Shown: positions 13,527 to 26,439, counted from the whole stretch's first letter. The stretch is 63,441 nucleotides of DNA, filler included, from Octopus bimaculoides (GCF_001194135.2; 5 parts of 5 records of this genome joined end to end with filler, not necessarily neighbours in it); one strand, 5' to 3'. The notes: generated by a model from the sequence alone, not told the origin. Translations and numbers: made by a program.

Positions 13527-16199
13527 TACAACATACAGTGACTTCGGGAATGTCCTTGTTTAAGTACATGTCCGATGTGTTTTGAAAATTATCGGTGGTA
13601 TTTATTTTTAATAACGTATATTATATTGCCTAATTTATTCATGGTCTTTCTGTATTTCAATATGATTTTACCTACTACTTACAACTTTTAACTGTTTAAT
13701 ACTATCACAGTATGAAAGTAATTGCTTTACTTGTGTCTCGTTAATTCCCACCTATCTCCTGAACATTTTTCGGATTTCATATTTTCGTTTTCACTGGTAT
13801 GTTTACCTTTGAAATTCGGGTTATTATCCTATAAAAAAACCTTAGACGACTGATGCATTCCATTTCAGTTTATTGATAGGAAAAACATTTTTCTGTTCAA
13901 ATATTTTTCAGAGGCTTCCCGCCCTTATAGATAGATGGGGTTCATTCATGGTAGATAGGTGAATAGATGCAAGTAGACCATATATTCTAAATGAATTTTG
14001 TTCAATTTAGTTACAGACATTTCACATGGTCGGATCTCCTACACGAATCATAAATATAGTCCAATAAAAAAAGAGTTTTACACATTTGCCAAATAATTTC
14101 AAGAAGAGGTATTTTATAGTTTTAGTCGCAAACGAGGGACACTGTTCAGTGTTTTGCTGTTCCTACAAAATTGTTCTGATAATTTAGTCAATCGCCATCT
14201 TCAATACCCACTAGTCATCAAATCTATGATGAAAATAAATGGGCAAGTAGTTTTCAGCGGTGTAATGCACCGAAAAGGATTTCGAGTAAACATCTGTGTG
14301 TAAACCTTCTCCCTTCCCCCCACCAGGCAATGTAAGTAAGTGGAGTCCATTCTTGAAACTTTCATTGGAAAAATTAAATGCTCTTAAACGATGGTGCATT
14401 TTATTCAGTACTCTTTAGAAATGATGACAAAGACAATGACGACGATGAATACCGTAATGATGATGAAGAATATGACGGTGAAGATGACGACGACGAGAGG
14501 ACGTCGACGACAATGGTGGTAGTACTCAATCTTCTCGCCTTGTCATCGTCATAATGATGATAATGGTGACGATGCTGCTGTGCTAGAGACGATTCTCATG
14601 ATTATGATTATATTTGCTGTTTAAATACTAACTGTGTTTTAGCTGTAAAGCCTAGGACCAACTGTATTCAAAATGTGTTTTTCATGTGTTCTGCTTTCAA
14701 ACGTACTGAGTCTGGAATTGTACCAACTATAGAATGTATTCATCCGTCTTTCCAAAAGATAAATAATGGCTAAATGGAAAGTTCATTTCTATCTCTCGAT
14801 GTAGCAACTACACAGATTTCCTCTTCTGTTAAATGATGGAGCTGATGATGGAGCTGACGACAGAGATTGTAACAGCTCATAATACACTTCTTTATCACTG
14901 AATTTTAAAACATGTTTTAGAAACTTACACCAACTAGAAGGTGGGAATGTAGCGGAGTATAATTTAAAATAGTAGTCTTACTTGGAAATGGTATTGAACC
15001 AGAATCTTTTGCATTGGCTAAACAATTTTATAGAACCGAATTCGTCTGCACATTGTTTATACAGATATCTCTCGTTTTATTTACTTAATATCTTGTTTTA
15101 TGGAAAAGCAAAGCTCACAAATGAATACGAATAGAAACACAAATGACTAAATGTAAAATATAATTCACAAAGACTTTGCTGGGGATTGATTTATAAAGAT
15201 GTTCTATGAAAAAAGTGATAGAATGAGACATGAAAGAATCTAATAAAATTGATTTCGAAAAAAGTATCTATGGAACATGAGAAAGAAAAGGAAGTCTTGT
15301 ATAAATTAGGAAGAAAAGAAAAAGAAAAAGAGGAGGATAATAATAAGCGGATCAACAACAGAATCAAAGCCCGTAAAATTTTTGTTAGGTATGATGCAAA
15401 AGATCTATTGTGAATATTTGCCAACAAACAGTATTATTCTTAACTTAATCTGTATAACATTGTTAAAATAGGAAAAGACTGGCTAATAGACAATTCTTAG
15501 ACAACTGTCGCCCAGTCGCAGTTCATGAAAAGTTGGTCATTCTCACTGGTGGTAGTATACAATGGTATGGACACAGAAGAATCATCTCTGAAAGAAGTAA
15601 ATCTATAGAATATCAGAAAAGGTCATCCCTTGTCATTTCAGTAGTATTCAACAATCACTGAAGAATGAAGAAGTTATGTTTGGAGTTAACAGAAAATATC
15701 AATGACGGTATCAATGAAGCTGGCTTTACTGTTCTTCGATGTGTATCCATTGTTGAAAATGTTCTTCTGCAATGAAGCAATATACATGTAAATAGCTAAT
15801 TACGTATCTAAATGGACAACGACAAAAAAAGTTTATTTTCATCCATTGTATATCTACTTACAACTTATCGTTGTGTTTTTTCTCCCATTTTCTCCCAGCT
15901 TTTCTTTAATTCATTGATCTGTAACTTTATATAACATTCACTGTTTACACACATCTGCACACAAGCACACACACACATTCACAAATAAATACACAGACTC
16001 ACACGCAGATACACACAAATGTACTCGCGTGTATATGTGCATACTGTGTGTATGTATGTGTGTATGTATGTATTTATGTATGTATGCATGTATGTATATG
16101 CGTGTGTATGTGTGCATACATTCATATAATCATGTATCTACATATAGACACGTATATATGCACACACACACACAGGTATATATGTAAACAAACGCAATA

Positions 16200-16470
16200 A
16201 AAGAAAAGGTAGTATAAACACTGATCGTCTTTGTATGCTTTGCCGATTGAGGCAGCAGCTCTTTTATAGCTTTCATGAGGCAAATTCTTACAGAAATAAT
16301 CGGAGGCTGCAGTGTCGGTTATCCTGTTCAAATTCCAACTTAGATTTGCAGCGAATTCTCTTTATAGCTTGGGATCTTTCAGCTTTTTTTATTTAGTAAA
16401 ATTCTCCACGATTCTGCTACTGCATGTTTACAAAGTCAAGTTCTCTTCGCATCCAGGTGGTTTTAGGTTC
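16200..16470 (-). mobile_element. Possible decayed LINE endonuclease-RT linker fragment (RTE-like)
   Basis: KLKDPKL*REFAANLSWNLNRI...KRAAASIGKAYK; weak pattern similarity only. Confidence 0.35.
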
Positions 16471-16689
16471 AGTTAAATAACGTGCTACGGTGCCTTTTAC
16501 TCAAGACCTGAGGAAACCAATGTCTTATGAGTGAATAGGGTAAATGGGAACTGCGATGTAGCTAATGATGTGTGTATGTGTGTTTGCGTATAAATGTATG
16601 CATGAATATATGTAATTGCATCTTGAGTTTGACATGAGAACCGGTGTAGTTTTGTTCACATCGTTGTAAAACAGACATTCAGTAAAAAA

Positions 16690-16930
16690 TGACCGGTGTA
16701 ATTACTCTAATTTAAAATATGCGTTGAGATCAAATTATTTGACTAAATACTTGGAGGCACTGATAAATCGTGACGGTAGTCTAAAGATTGAAATATGTTA
16801 GATAATAATCGAATTAACATCATCTACTTCATGCTGCTCATTTATAATCACAGGTGAAAAGATATTCGTATTTCGATAGCAACATAGAACAATTCTCAAA
16901 TTCATTCATGTTAATCTATATACATGGGGA
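16690..16930 (+). mobile_element. Decayed RTE-type LINE RT C-terminal fragment
   Basis: KYLEALINRDGSLKIEI resembles the F.YLG..I..DG....EI..RI motif. Confidence 0.5.
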
Positions 16931-17051
16931 ATAGAGGTTTCTGTGCATATTTAGATTTATATCTATACATATGTCGATCGATATATCTACGTCTCTGTAT
17001 TCGTAAATATCTACGTATGTCAATGTATATGTGTGTATGCGTATGCATATT

Positions 17052-17084
<33 letters not shown>

Positions 17085-17184
17085 NNNNNNNNNNNNNNNN
17101 NNNNNNNNNNNNNNNNNNNNNNNNNNNNTTAATTAATTAANNNNNNNNNNNNNNNNNNNNNNNNNNNNNNNNNNNNNNNNNNNN
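17085..17184. other. Artificial 100-bp scaffold spacer (N44-TTAATTAATTAA-N44)
   Basis: The same 12-mer inside N runs recurs at 42957-42968, 56878-56889 and 62024-62035; it gives stops in all six frames. Confidence 0.95.
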
Positions 17185-17374
17185 AGATATATCCATACAT
17201 ATATGTACATACTTACATCTATTATGTATACATACATGCATATATAGGTACAGGACATCAAAAAACGTTAAAGGTTTCACGACCACATGTTGCCAGATGG
17301 TTACTCAGTGGTATTTGGCGGACCTCTGGGTTTTTAATCTGTTGTCGATGCACACGCGAGCGTTCCGATAGTGC

Positions 17375-17760
17375 ATTACCTTTATGATATTTCTATTTCA
17401 TAAACTTTACAACCTGAATGAAATTGAGAGAAAACTTAGAGAAAAAGACTTTATTAAGAAATTCAAACCCAAGCTTAACAAACAATGATTAAATTAATCT
17501 TATTTGGGGTTTAAAAATCTTATCCCTATAACTAAAACACAAAAAATCTCTCAAATGTCATCATTTCTAAAAATAAACATTGAAAAATTGTTTGACATCA
17601 TCTCTAAAAATAGCCAAACAACTACTACTGCTGTCCACAGCAATGTATACAAAAGACGAAAGACAGCCAGTCAACTTCAGTTGAAACATTTCTGTCATAT
17701 GGGACCTTGAAGACTGCTAGAAAGCAGGAGAGTATACTAGTCCTTTAATATTTGATATTC
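17375..17760 (+). mobile_element. PLE 3' end (GIY-YIG C-terminus plus 3' UTR/pLTR)
   Basis: LNEIERKLREKDFIKKFKPKLNKQ* (stop 17486-17488), followed by a hammerhead-like motif at 17702-17743. Confidence 0.7.
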
Positions 17761-17924
17761 AATATTTCATTTATTCAATAAGACATTCAATAATTCATTT
17801 CATTTTACTATATATACTATATATTCCATATTCTATATCCCACATTAATTTTATAAGAATATAAATAAAATATAAAAAACAGAGTTGGAATTCTTTTGAA
17901 TAATATATATATATATATATATAT

Positions 17925-18435
17925 ACGCGACGGGCTTCTTTCCGTCTACCAAGGCTTTGGTAGGCCCGAGGCTATAGTAGAAGACACTTGCCCAGAGTGC
18001 ATATATATCTCTTTTATTCTTTCACTTGTTTCAGTCATTTGACTGCGGCCATGTAAAATTAGGGCGTCATAGGCAGGAATATGGGTGGATTGTTTAGCAA
18101 AAATTCTCCGCTCCCCGCCCACCAGCACTCTGCAACATAGCAGTCTTCTAAACAGTTTCCATCAATCAATTTCTCTCATAAGGCATTATTGGTCGGCCTG
18201 GGGCTATAGTAGAACACAGTTGCATTAGACTGCGGCCATGCTGGGGCACTGCCTTGAAGAATCATTAGTCGACCGAATCGACTCCAGTACTTATTTTCTT
18301 TTTTGTGTTTTGAAACTGGTACTTATTATATCCGTCTCTTTTACCGAACCACTAACTTACGGGGACGTAGACACACCAGCACCGGTTGTCATGTGGTGGT
18401 GGGCGAGAAACAAAGACACACACACACACACACAT
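17925..18435 (-). mobile_element. Cluster of SINE family A fragments
   Basis: Matches other copies: GACGGGCTTCTTTC, GGCTATAGTAGAAGACACTTGCCC, GACTGCGGCCATGCTGG, ACGGGGACGTA. Confidence 0.85.
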
Positions 18436-18585
18436 TCTTCTTTTACGAATCTTTTCCGTTTCGCAGCCAGCATCAATTTCGGTTCGAATTGGTTTCATAT
18501 TCAGTGTAATGATACACTTTTATAAGTTAATGAATGACATGAAAATCCTTTTTGCTATAAATCAATCAATAAAAAGTTATTGACA

Positions 18586-19320
18586 ATTAAAGCTTGAAAA
18601 TTTTGGGTAATTTTAGCCAATCGTAAGCCACAGACACATTCATGCTGGTTTCCATAGTAACAAACGGAACATAAGAACGCTTTTGTCTGCGAAAAAGAAC
18701 GTGATGACAAATATATTGAAACCACTTGTTTTACCTATCTGTTGACAATTGAGCATGTGAATTTATAAACTGGTCAGCAAAATGTTTGTTTTTTTAAAAT
18801 ATTTAATTTGTAATGTGCTATTTTGTTTTTAGATAAATCTTTTAAGTTCGTGCTATCGCATTAAATGCATATTGAATGTTTAAAACTGCAAAAGATGTGT
18901 TGTTTACTCGTTTCTTTTTGTCATTGAGTTAGTTGTGAGGTGTGCTAAAAAAATAACAACTTAATAACGTTCTTGGATAAATCTTTTAAGTTCGTGCTAT
19001 CACATTAAATGCATATAGAATGTTTCAAACTACAAAAGACGTGCTGTTTACTCGTTTTCCGCGCGTAGAATACGAATATTTGCAACACGTGCTATTTTCA
19101 GGATGTTGACTACAAAATGTGCAGTCACGCACAAAATGACAGCTTTCAAATTCTGTTTCCTGACTGGATGAAAATGATTAAACTTTAAACCTCTATCACT
19201 TTTTAAAAACATTTTTCTGGAAAAAGTGAAATAATTCCAGTATTTCAGCTTGGAAAAGTACATTAATGTGTCAAATTTTAAAATTTTCGATAAGCTTCAA
19301 TTTTTGAAATGCTGGCAGCC
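18586..19320. mobile_element. Unclassified putative non-autonomous DNA element
   Basis: Imperfect terminal inverted similarity (TTAAAGCTTGAAAATTTT vs reverse complement of AAAATTTTCGATAAGCTTCAA) and an internal ~80-bp duplication. Confidence 0.3.
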
Positions 19321-19334
19321 AAACGAAAAAGATC

Positions 19335-20340
19335 CTCTTTTACTCGTTTCAGTCATTTGACTGCGGCCATGCTGGAGCACCGCCTTGAAAGGTTTTAGTC
19401 GAACAAATCAGCCCCAGGACCTATTTTGTAAGCATAGTACTTATTCTATCGGTCAGTTTTGCCCAGCTGCTAATTCACGGGGACGTAAACACACCAACAC
19501 CTGTTGTCAAGCGATGATGGAGGGACAAACACAGACACAAAGACAAACACTAATATAAAAAGCAGCCTAGGCTGCTTTTATATTAAAAAGAAATAATTTC
19601 AAATATTGTGCGGTTGCTTCCCTGATGGCTGACGTACTCGTTATTCGTTGACGCTGGTGCAGGAGGAGGAGGAAATTACACATTAGATGTCGATGGTTGG
19701 AAATCGTCAGCTAACTCCTGTTGTGATAGTGTAAATCGTTGTGCAAACTTGTCTAAGGTTCCTTGAATTGTTTTTTTCTTCTTCTCTTCAAGGATTGGGT
19801 AATAAGGTGCAATAGTATCTTGACAACACCCAAATATTTTTACAAAACGTTGTACGTTGGATCCATTTCCTCAAATAACGCAAGACATTTATCTAATGGG
19901 AAAAAGCCTCTCGCATTTTCTTCAACGTAAAACTATGAAGCTCGGGATCAATGATGCATACTGTATTTTAACATTAATTTTAATATGCTTTACAGATTAT
20001 ATGTTTCTACAGCTTTTTTTATCTATTGGAGACGAATACGATCGTGACCAGTCGAATCAATCCGGAGCTAACAGTACAGTATAGTATGAACGTTATTGCT
20101 GTTTTGCCAGGCGACGTAAATTAATACTGTATTTAATATTTATTTAATATTTTAGAAAGGCCGACGTATATATGTACACACACACACACACACACACATA
20201 CACACACACACACGAAGGGCTTCTTTCAGTTTCCGTCTACCAAATCCAATCACAAGGCTTTGGTCGGCCCGAGGCTCTCGTAGAAGACACTTGCCCTACA
20301 AGTGAACTGAACCCAGAACCATGTGGTTGGGAAACAACAA
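19335..20340 (-). mobile_element. SINE family A split by a ~600-bp insertion in its central CA tract
   Basis: The 3' half at 19335-19550 and the 5' half at about 20160-20340 are collinear with intact copies. Confidence 0.85.
19590..20080 (-). mobile_element. pogo/Tigger-type transposase C-terminal remnant
   Basis: FTLKKMREAFSH*DKCLALFEEMD / SNVQRFVKIF...YYPILEEKKKKTIQGTLDKF across a frameshift. No TIRs recognised. Confidence 0.6.
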
Positions 20341-20344
20341 GCTT

Positions 20345-21358
20345 CTTTGTCAAATGTTGGAATCCTTGGAAAACTACCACACTGGACTGAGTATTTCTTG
20401 GGCCCGCTTCTCTTTCCAGCGTCATAAAATACAGCAAAGGGAAGATATTCGCTGATGATTCTAAGCTCCAGAAAATTATCAATGAAGAAGACCGAGCTGA
20501 ACTCCAGTCTGATCTACATGCTGTGAGTCAATGGACAAACAAAAACAAAATGCAACTAAATGAGGGAAAATTTGAACTGATGCATTTTGGAAGAAAACAG
20601 CCATACTCTCTTCTTTCAGGGGAACCACTCATAGCATCTAATAATATCAGAGACTTAGGAGTAATTGTTGACAACAATCTCAGCTGGAGTAATCACATCA
20701 ACAGTAAGGTCAATATAGCTTGTAGGATGAGCTCCTGGATCCTAAGAACATTCCGGTCCAGAGAACAAGGTGTCATTATTCCTCTTTTCTCCTTTGTACG
20801 GCCACACCTCGAATACTGCTTCCCCCTGTGGTCTCCCCATACAAAACAAAACATTTCGAAAATTGAAACACCCCAGAAAGAATTAAGGGCATGATTGATC
20901 TCGATTACTGGGACCGCCTTAAAGCACTGAAACTCCATTCTCCCCAGCGCCGCCGTGAGCAATACATTATTTTCACGATGTGGAGAATATACCAAAACAT
21001 TAGCTTGAAAATTCATCCAAGGCTAGGGCCACGGGCCATACGTGCCTTACCCAATTCAAAATCACAACGCATAAATACACTGCAACACAATTACTTTTCC
21101 TCAACAAGCACTGCCTATTTAACATTACCCGAAACAGATCAAAGGAAAAAAGGATCCCATCACCTTTAAACGGAACCTGGACAAATTTCTTCAAGGAATA
21201 CCGGATAAGCCACCTACGCCTGGATACAACTTACTCAACAAGAACTCCCGACTCGAATGGATCACAATACCATAAAACTCGACTTAAAAAGATTTAGCTA
21301 ATCCTATCAGGTGGTGCTATTAAGTTAGACATGGTCTGGACCAATCCTTGGTCGAAAC
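20345..21358 (+). mobile_element. CR1-type LINE, 5'-truncated (family 1)
   Basis: LGPLLF, IFADDSKL, LQSDLHAVSQW, RDLGVIVDNNLSW, VRPHLEYCFPLWSP, LKLHSPQRRRE. 3' UTR shared with the 29.3-29.7 kb copy. Confidence 0.92.
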
Positions 21359-21359
21359 A

Positions 21360-22385
21360 TCGGACAGTCACTGTCACTAGCTATGCCGATGATGCAAAAT
21401 TATCACAAGCAATAAAAAAACCAAGATGACGTCGCAAGCTTACAGCAGGACCTGTATTCGATATACAAGTGGGCTGCAATAAACAACTTTCAGCTTAATA
21501 CGGGAAAATTTGAAGCACTGCACTATCAATTCAAGAATGCACTATGGCCTGCATGTACAGGACCCGAAAGCACTATAATCCCTGAGTCACAGGCAGTGAA
21601 AGACTTGGGGATCAGTGTGTGCAATGACACATCATTTTATGTGTACACTACCAAGATGGCAGCAAAGTGCAGAAAACTGGCTGGCTGGATACTGAAGTCC
21701 TTCAAGACAAGAGACCAAGAAACTATGTTGACCCTGTAAAGAACCTTTGTTCTCAGCCGTCTGGGACTACTACTCCCAGTTATGATTAGTACATAGTGCC
21801 AAACTAACAACGGAACTTGAAGCAGTCCAACGCTACTACATTAAAAAGATTGAAACAGTGCAGCGGATGAGCTACAGACATAGGCTGAGAAAACTGCAAC
21901 TTTACTCCTTGGAGCGAAGGCGTGAGAGATATGCAATAATCTACATATGGAAAATTCTGGAAGAGCTAGTACCTAATTTCGGCATTGAATGTTATTCAAA
22001 TGCCAGAACTGGCTGCCATTGTACCATCCACTCCATCTAAATCCAGGCACTGCAATAGTCTATGTTTCAAAGGCTCACAGCTCTTCAATATCCTGTCACA
22101 AAAATTAAGAAATCTGCATAAGGTAAAAGTAGATGTCTTCAAAAAGGAACTAGACAATCCTCCTCTCCACAATACCAGATGAACCAACAGCCCGACGTGA
22201 GGTGTACAGACGAGGACAGCGGAATCAAACTCCCTTATACACCAAATGAGCCAACAGCTGGGACAAAGGCACATACAGGGGTGGTGATGTGAAACACTCC
22301 AGACTGAGGAAATCAGGAAGACCACTGTGATGCTCCAGCATGACCGCAGCTGCATGGCTGAAACGAGTAAAAGAATAAAGGAATA
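21360..22385 (+). mobile_element. CR1-type LINE, 5'-truncated (family 2)
   Basis: SYADDAKL, LQQDLYSIYKW, KDLGISV, LRKLQLYSLERRRERYAIIYIWKILE; ends in a tail matching SINE A. Confidence 0.9.
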
Positions 22386-22407
22386 TATATACACACACAC
22401 GTATATA

Positions 22408-22411
22408 TGTG

Positions 22412-22500
<89 letters not shown>
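22408..22500. repeat. (TA)n microsatellite
   Basis: Direct observation. Confidence 0.95.
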
Positions 22501-22504
<4 letters not shown>

Positions 22505-22739
22505 ACACACACACATATACATATTGTGTGTTGTGTGTATGTATGTATGCATGTATATGATATATCAGCGCACGCTCTTTCGCGCGCGCGCGCACATCCC
22601 AAGGAATGGAAAAATATAACAATATACAAGTGTCATTTGTTTGTTTAACGTTTAGTGTTGCTGCTGTTGATGATGATAATTCCCATCTCCCTCGCTGAGA
22701 TTACAACCTCTATCGTTCTTACAAACATCTCTACATTTC

Positions 22740-23830
22740 AGCAGCAGCACCACCACCACCACCAGTTGCTACTTTCACAATAACCCACCCCCTATTCATT
22801 CATGCAGGCTTTCAGAGAACGAAAGGACGAAAAGGATCAACGTTGTTGTTGCTCGCGGTGGTGGTGGTGGCGGCGGCAATGTTAATAGTGGTAGTAGTGG
22901 TGGTAGTGGATGCTGATAGTGGTGGTGTTGGTGGTGGTCGTCATCGTAGTTCTATTAATGATAGTTTTTGTGCAAGTGTTTGGGGTGTTGTTGTTGTTGG
23001 TGGTGGTGGCGGTTGTTGTTGTTAAGTCCCCAAGTTATCATTGATCGAGCACAAAGGTATTCCAGGTGTGACCATCTAGTCTATCTCCTGTTCGCAGTGA
23101 ATCAAACACCACATTATCTAACGTGTTACTGCTCGTAGACTGTTAGGTTAGCTGCTATTTCTCGCTGATCGAGTGACCACATAGGAGTTTAGGCGGAAGT
23201 GATGGTGGGTGTTAACTTGGAACTATAACATCAACAATAACAACAATGATTATTATAATTAGACAGAATACTAATTAATGGATTTATCTTGTCTGATAAA
23301 ACTGAAAAAATAAGAAAGAAAAATAGTGATAAAAAATATAAATCGTTGGATAAAAAAAGGAATTTAGTCTTATCACCATCACCACCACTACCTTCACACC
23401 ACTATCAATACCAACTCCACAACCATCAATACTAACATCACAACCACCACCACCACCACCACCACCATTCAACCCCACCAGTCACCGAGACAAGCAAACG
23501 AGCCTGTAAGAAGAGGTCTTGTCTAAATTCACTCAGTAACCAAATCTCATTCAAATCACCCCCGCTTTTGGAGAATATGTTGCATAATGTAGTTCTGGAT
23601 ACCCTGCACATAAAAAAAATGACAGGGTGGTCACGGCTAGGGAGGCTTAGGTCAACGCAATCACAGCTGGCCTGTGGTTAAACATCAACTACTACTACTA
23701 CTTTATAAACAGCATTGGCACCACCACCACCACCACCACCATTACACTCGTGACTAATACCACGGACACCCTTACACTAATCATCCACCACCACCACCAA
23801 CAACAACATAAACCAACCGACCTGCTAGCC
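22740..23830. repeat. Degenerate GGT/GTT and CAC triplet low-complexity region
   Basis: Several imperfect (GGT)n and (CAC)n tracts interspersed with other sequence. Confidence 0.75.
23020..23200 (+). repeat. Decayed interspersed repeat (family E) following (GTT)n
   Basis: Shared words (CCCAGGTCA, TTCCAG..TGACCATC, GCTGCTATTTCT) with 27050-27230, 33880-34000, 34420-34560 and, reversed, 40090-40620. Confidence 0.5.
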
Positions 23831-23989
23831 AACCTGCCAGCCAACTTGCCAACAAAGATCATGTATTCCAGATTAGCTGGGACCCCCACATACTCCTATC
23901 AACCCCTCAAACTCTTCCTATCTCAGATTCCTACACACACACAACATACACACTTATGCATACATATACTCACAGACGCTCACATATAA

Positions 23990-24027
<38 letters not shown>

Positions 24028-24404
24028 CACATGCATATACACAAACCCGCAGTGCATTATTCCCTAGGAAAGTCTCGCTGTCTGTGATTGGTCAATATAT
24101 ATGTCAGTTACATCACTCTGAAAGCAGGAAGGGACACTTTGCTAAGAGACAGGGTGAAAGTAAGAACCCTGTTTCTTTTCAATGATTTCTATCAAACAAC
24201 GTTGTTGCCAAGTTTGTTTGCTGCAGTCGTGGTGGTGGTGGTGGTGTAGATTGGTGGTTTGGGGGTTAAATGTACCACCAGTACCATTACCACTACCCCT
24301 ACATGCAACATCTTGTTCCCCTTTACCACCAGCATTGCCATTATTTAACACAACATACCACCACAGGAAAGGCGTACATACAGATTCAAGATCACTCCAC
24401 GATC

Positions 24405-24467
24405 TATCAGTCTGTCTGTCTGTCTGTCTGTGTCTGTCTGTGTCTGTCTGTCTTTCTGTCTGCCTGC

Positions 24468-24543
<76 letters not shown>

Positions 24544-24729
24544 TTGTCATTCTGCCTGGCTGTCTGTGTTTGTCTAACTGGCTGTTTGTCTGTCCGTCTC
24601 TTTCTTTCTTTCTCTATCGGTCTGTCTCTATCCATCTGTCTGTCTGTCCAGTCGTCCGTTCGTCCATCCGTCTGTCTGAATGATTATCTGTGTATGATTG
24701 TCTGTCTGTCTGTCTGTGTTTCTGTCTGC

Positions 24730-24797
<68 letters not shown>

Positions 24798-24800
24798 TTT
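24405..24800. repeat. (TGTC)n/(TATC)n compound microsatellite
   Basis: Direct observation. Confidence 0.95.
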
Positions 24801-25206
24801 TCAGTATGTATTTTCATCTATCGTGATGTATGTATGTATGTATGTATGTATGCGTACGCATTGAAGATTTACTGAGAAACCTTTCAAATATAGGACTGAA
24901 TAATTATGAATGAAACGATTTATGACACTTGGCCGGATGTTTCGCTTAAAACCTTATTAAACAAACTTCTCTTGATAAACTGTGACAAGTAAAATAACTG
25001 ATATTCGATTAGTTTGAATCATATAATTAATGAATATGTGTGCATGAATGAGCGCGCGCGCGCGACAACCAGACACATATGAGTCTCGTAAGGCACATCT
25101 TATTTAATTGTGACATTCCGTCGCTTAATCTACAACTAATTGAAAATTATGGTTTTAATCAATGTCCATGTATACATACATACGTATGTATATATATATG
25201 TATATG

Positions 25207-25250
<44 letters not shown>

Positions 25251-25344
25251 CACACACACACATATATATATATACATACATATATACATACATACATGTG
25301 TGTGTATATATATATATGCATGCATATATGAAGTGTGTGTGTGT

Positions 25345-25470
25345 GAAGGCGTGTGGCCTAGTCATTAGGGTGTTGCAGTCACAACCATAAGATCATGGTT
25401 TCGAGTTCTAGATCGGGTTGTGCGTTGCGTACTTGAATTAAACGTTGAACCGTTCACTTAGTTGTGAATG
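25345..25470 (+). mobile_element. Decayed SINE family B head
   Basis: GAAGGCGTGTGGCCTAGTCATTAGGG...GGTTTCGAGTTC, with A/B-box-like motifs. Confidence 0.6.
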
Positions 25471-25604
25471 AGTTCCAGTAATAGTTGAGAGCTTAACATT
25501 GCGACGGACTGGCGACGCGAAGAAAATAGGATCAAGTCTCGCCTTTACGAATCTTAGGACTTATGACAGATACTAAGGGTTATATAGACTGACTGAAACA
25601 CACA

Positions 25605-25643
25605 CATGTACGCACGCATACACGCTCGCACGCATGCACACAT

Positions 25644-25694
<51 letters not shown>

Positions 25695-25705
25695 NNNNNN
25701 NNNNN

Positions 25706-25754
<49 letters not shown>

Positions 25755-25770
25755 TACACGCACGCACAAT
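25605..25770. repeat. (GCAC)n and (CA)n microsatellites
   Basis: Direct observation. Confidence 0.95.
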
Positions 25771-26439
25771 TTAAAGGTGATGTCCTAAATGCCGAAGTCA
25801 AGAAATTGCTTATTTTAGTAAGATTTCTCTCATAATTAAAACGATTCGGCAAAAAAATGTGGCGATAACTTCAAGAAATTACGAGTAAATTCTCGAGTGA
25901 ATTTGCAAGCTAGGTAAAGGACGATCTATTTGCAGATACGGACATAAGTTTCTGTCCATTTTGCGATTTCATCAGTATAGAACCAATCTTCATTACCTGC
26001 CGATCAATTTCTGCAGCTTTACATGGAGAAAAATTGTTTAGTATATTTTTGGTCAGGACTAATTTGCATAATTAAAAGTTAAGCTAGCTAAGAGAAATTA
26101 ACCCATTCACTAATGCCGTGAATTCTGCTAGGAGAGGACGTACTTAACACTGCACACATTAAATTCTTATGGAAATTGCTGCATGTGCCTATGTGCATGT
26201 ATGTTTGTGTGAATGTAGGTGTGTGTAAATTGTGTATGTGTGTATTTTTAAACAACAATCTAACAACAAAGACTCACTTATGTAATATAGTGAGTTGAAA
26301 AACCGCGTTTAACTGAGATTCTCTTTGCTATTAGATGAAACCCCACCCCTAGGGTGTTTAAAATCCAAAAATAAGGAACAAAGGAGTCAACTCTACTACG
26401 ACAGTCGATCCATACTTTTGGAAATTTAAGTCATTTTAT

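Noticed and set aside
14420-14580. Acidic Asp/Glu-like coding stretch
   Set aside because: Degenerate GAT/GAC triplet repeat with stops.
17129-17140. TTAATTAATTAA islands recurring four times
   Set aside because: Always centred in N44-12-N44 blocks of 100 bp; an assembly spacer, not biology.
21325-21360. Hammerhead in the CR1 3' end (GACCAA-TCC-TTGGTC-GAAAC)
   Set aside because: No CUGANGA in this copy or the 29.3 kb copy; better explained as a LINE 3' stem-loop.
24925-24965. Hammerhead-like remnant on the minus strand
   Set aside because: Needs three or more core substitutions and has no stems. The similar word at 35450-35490 is equally unsupported.
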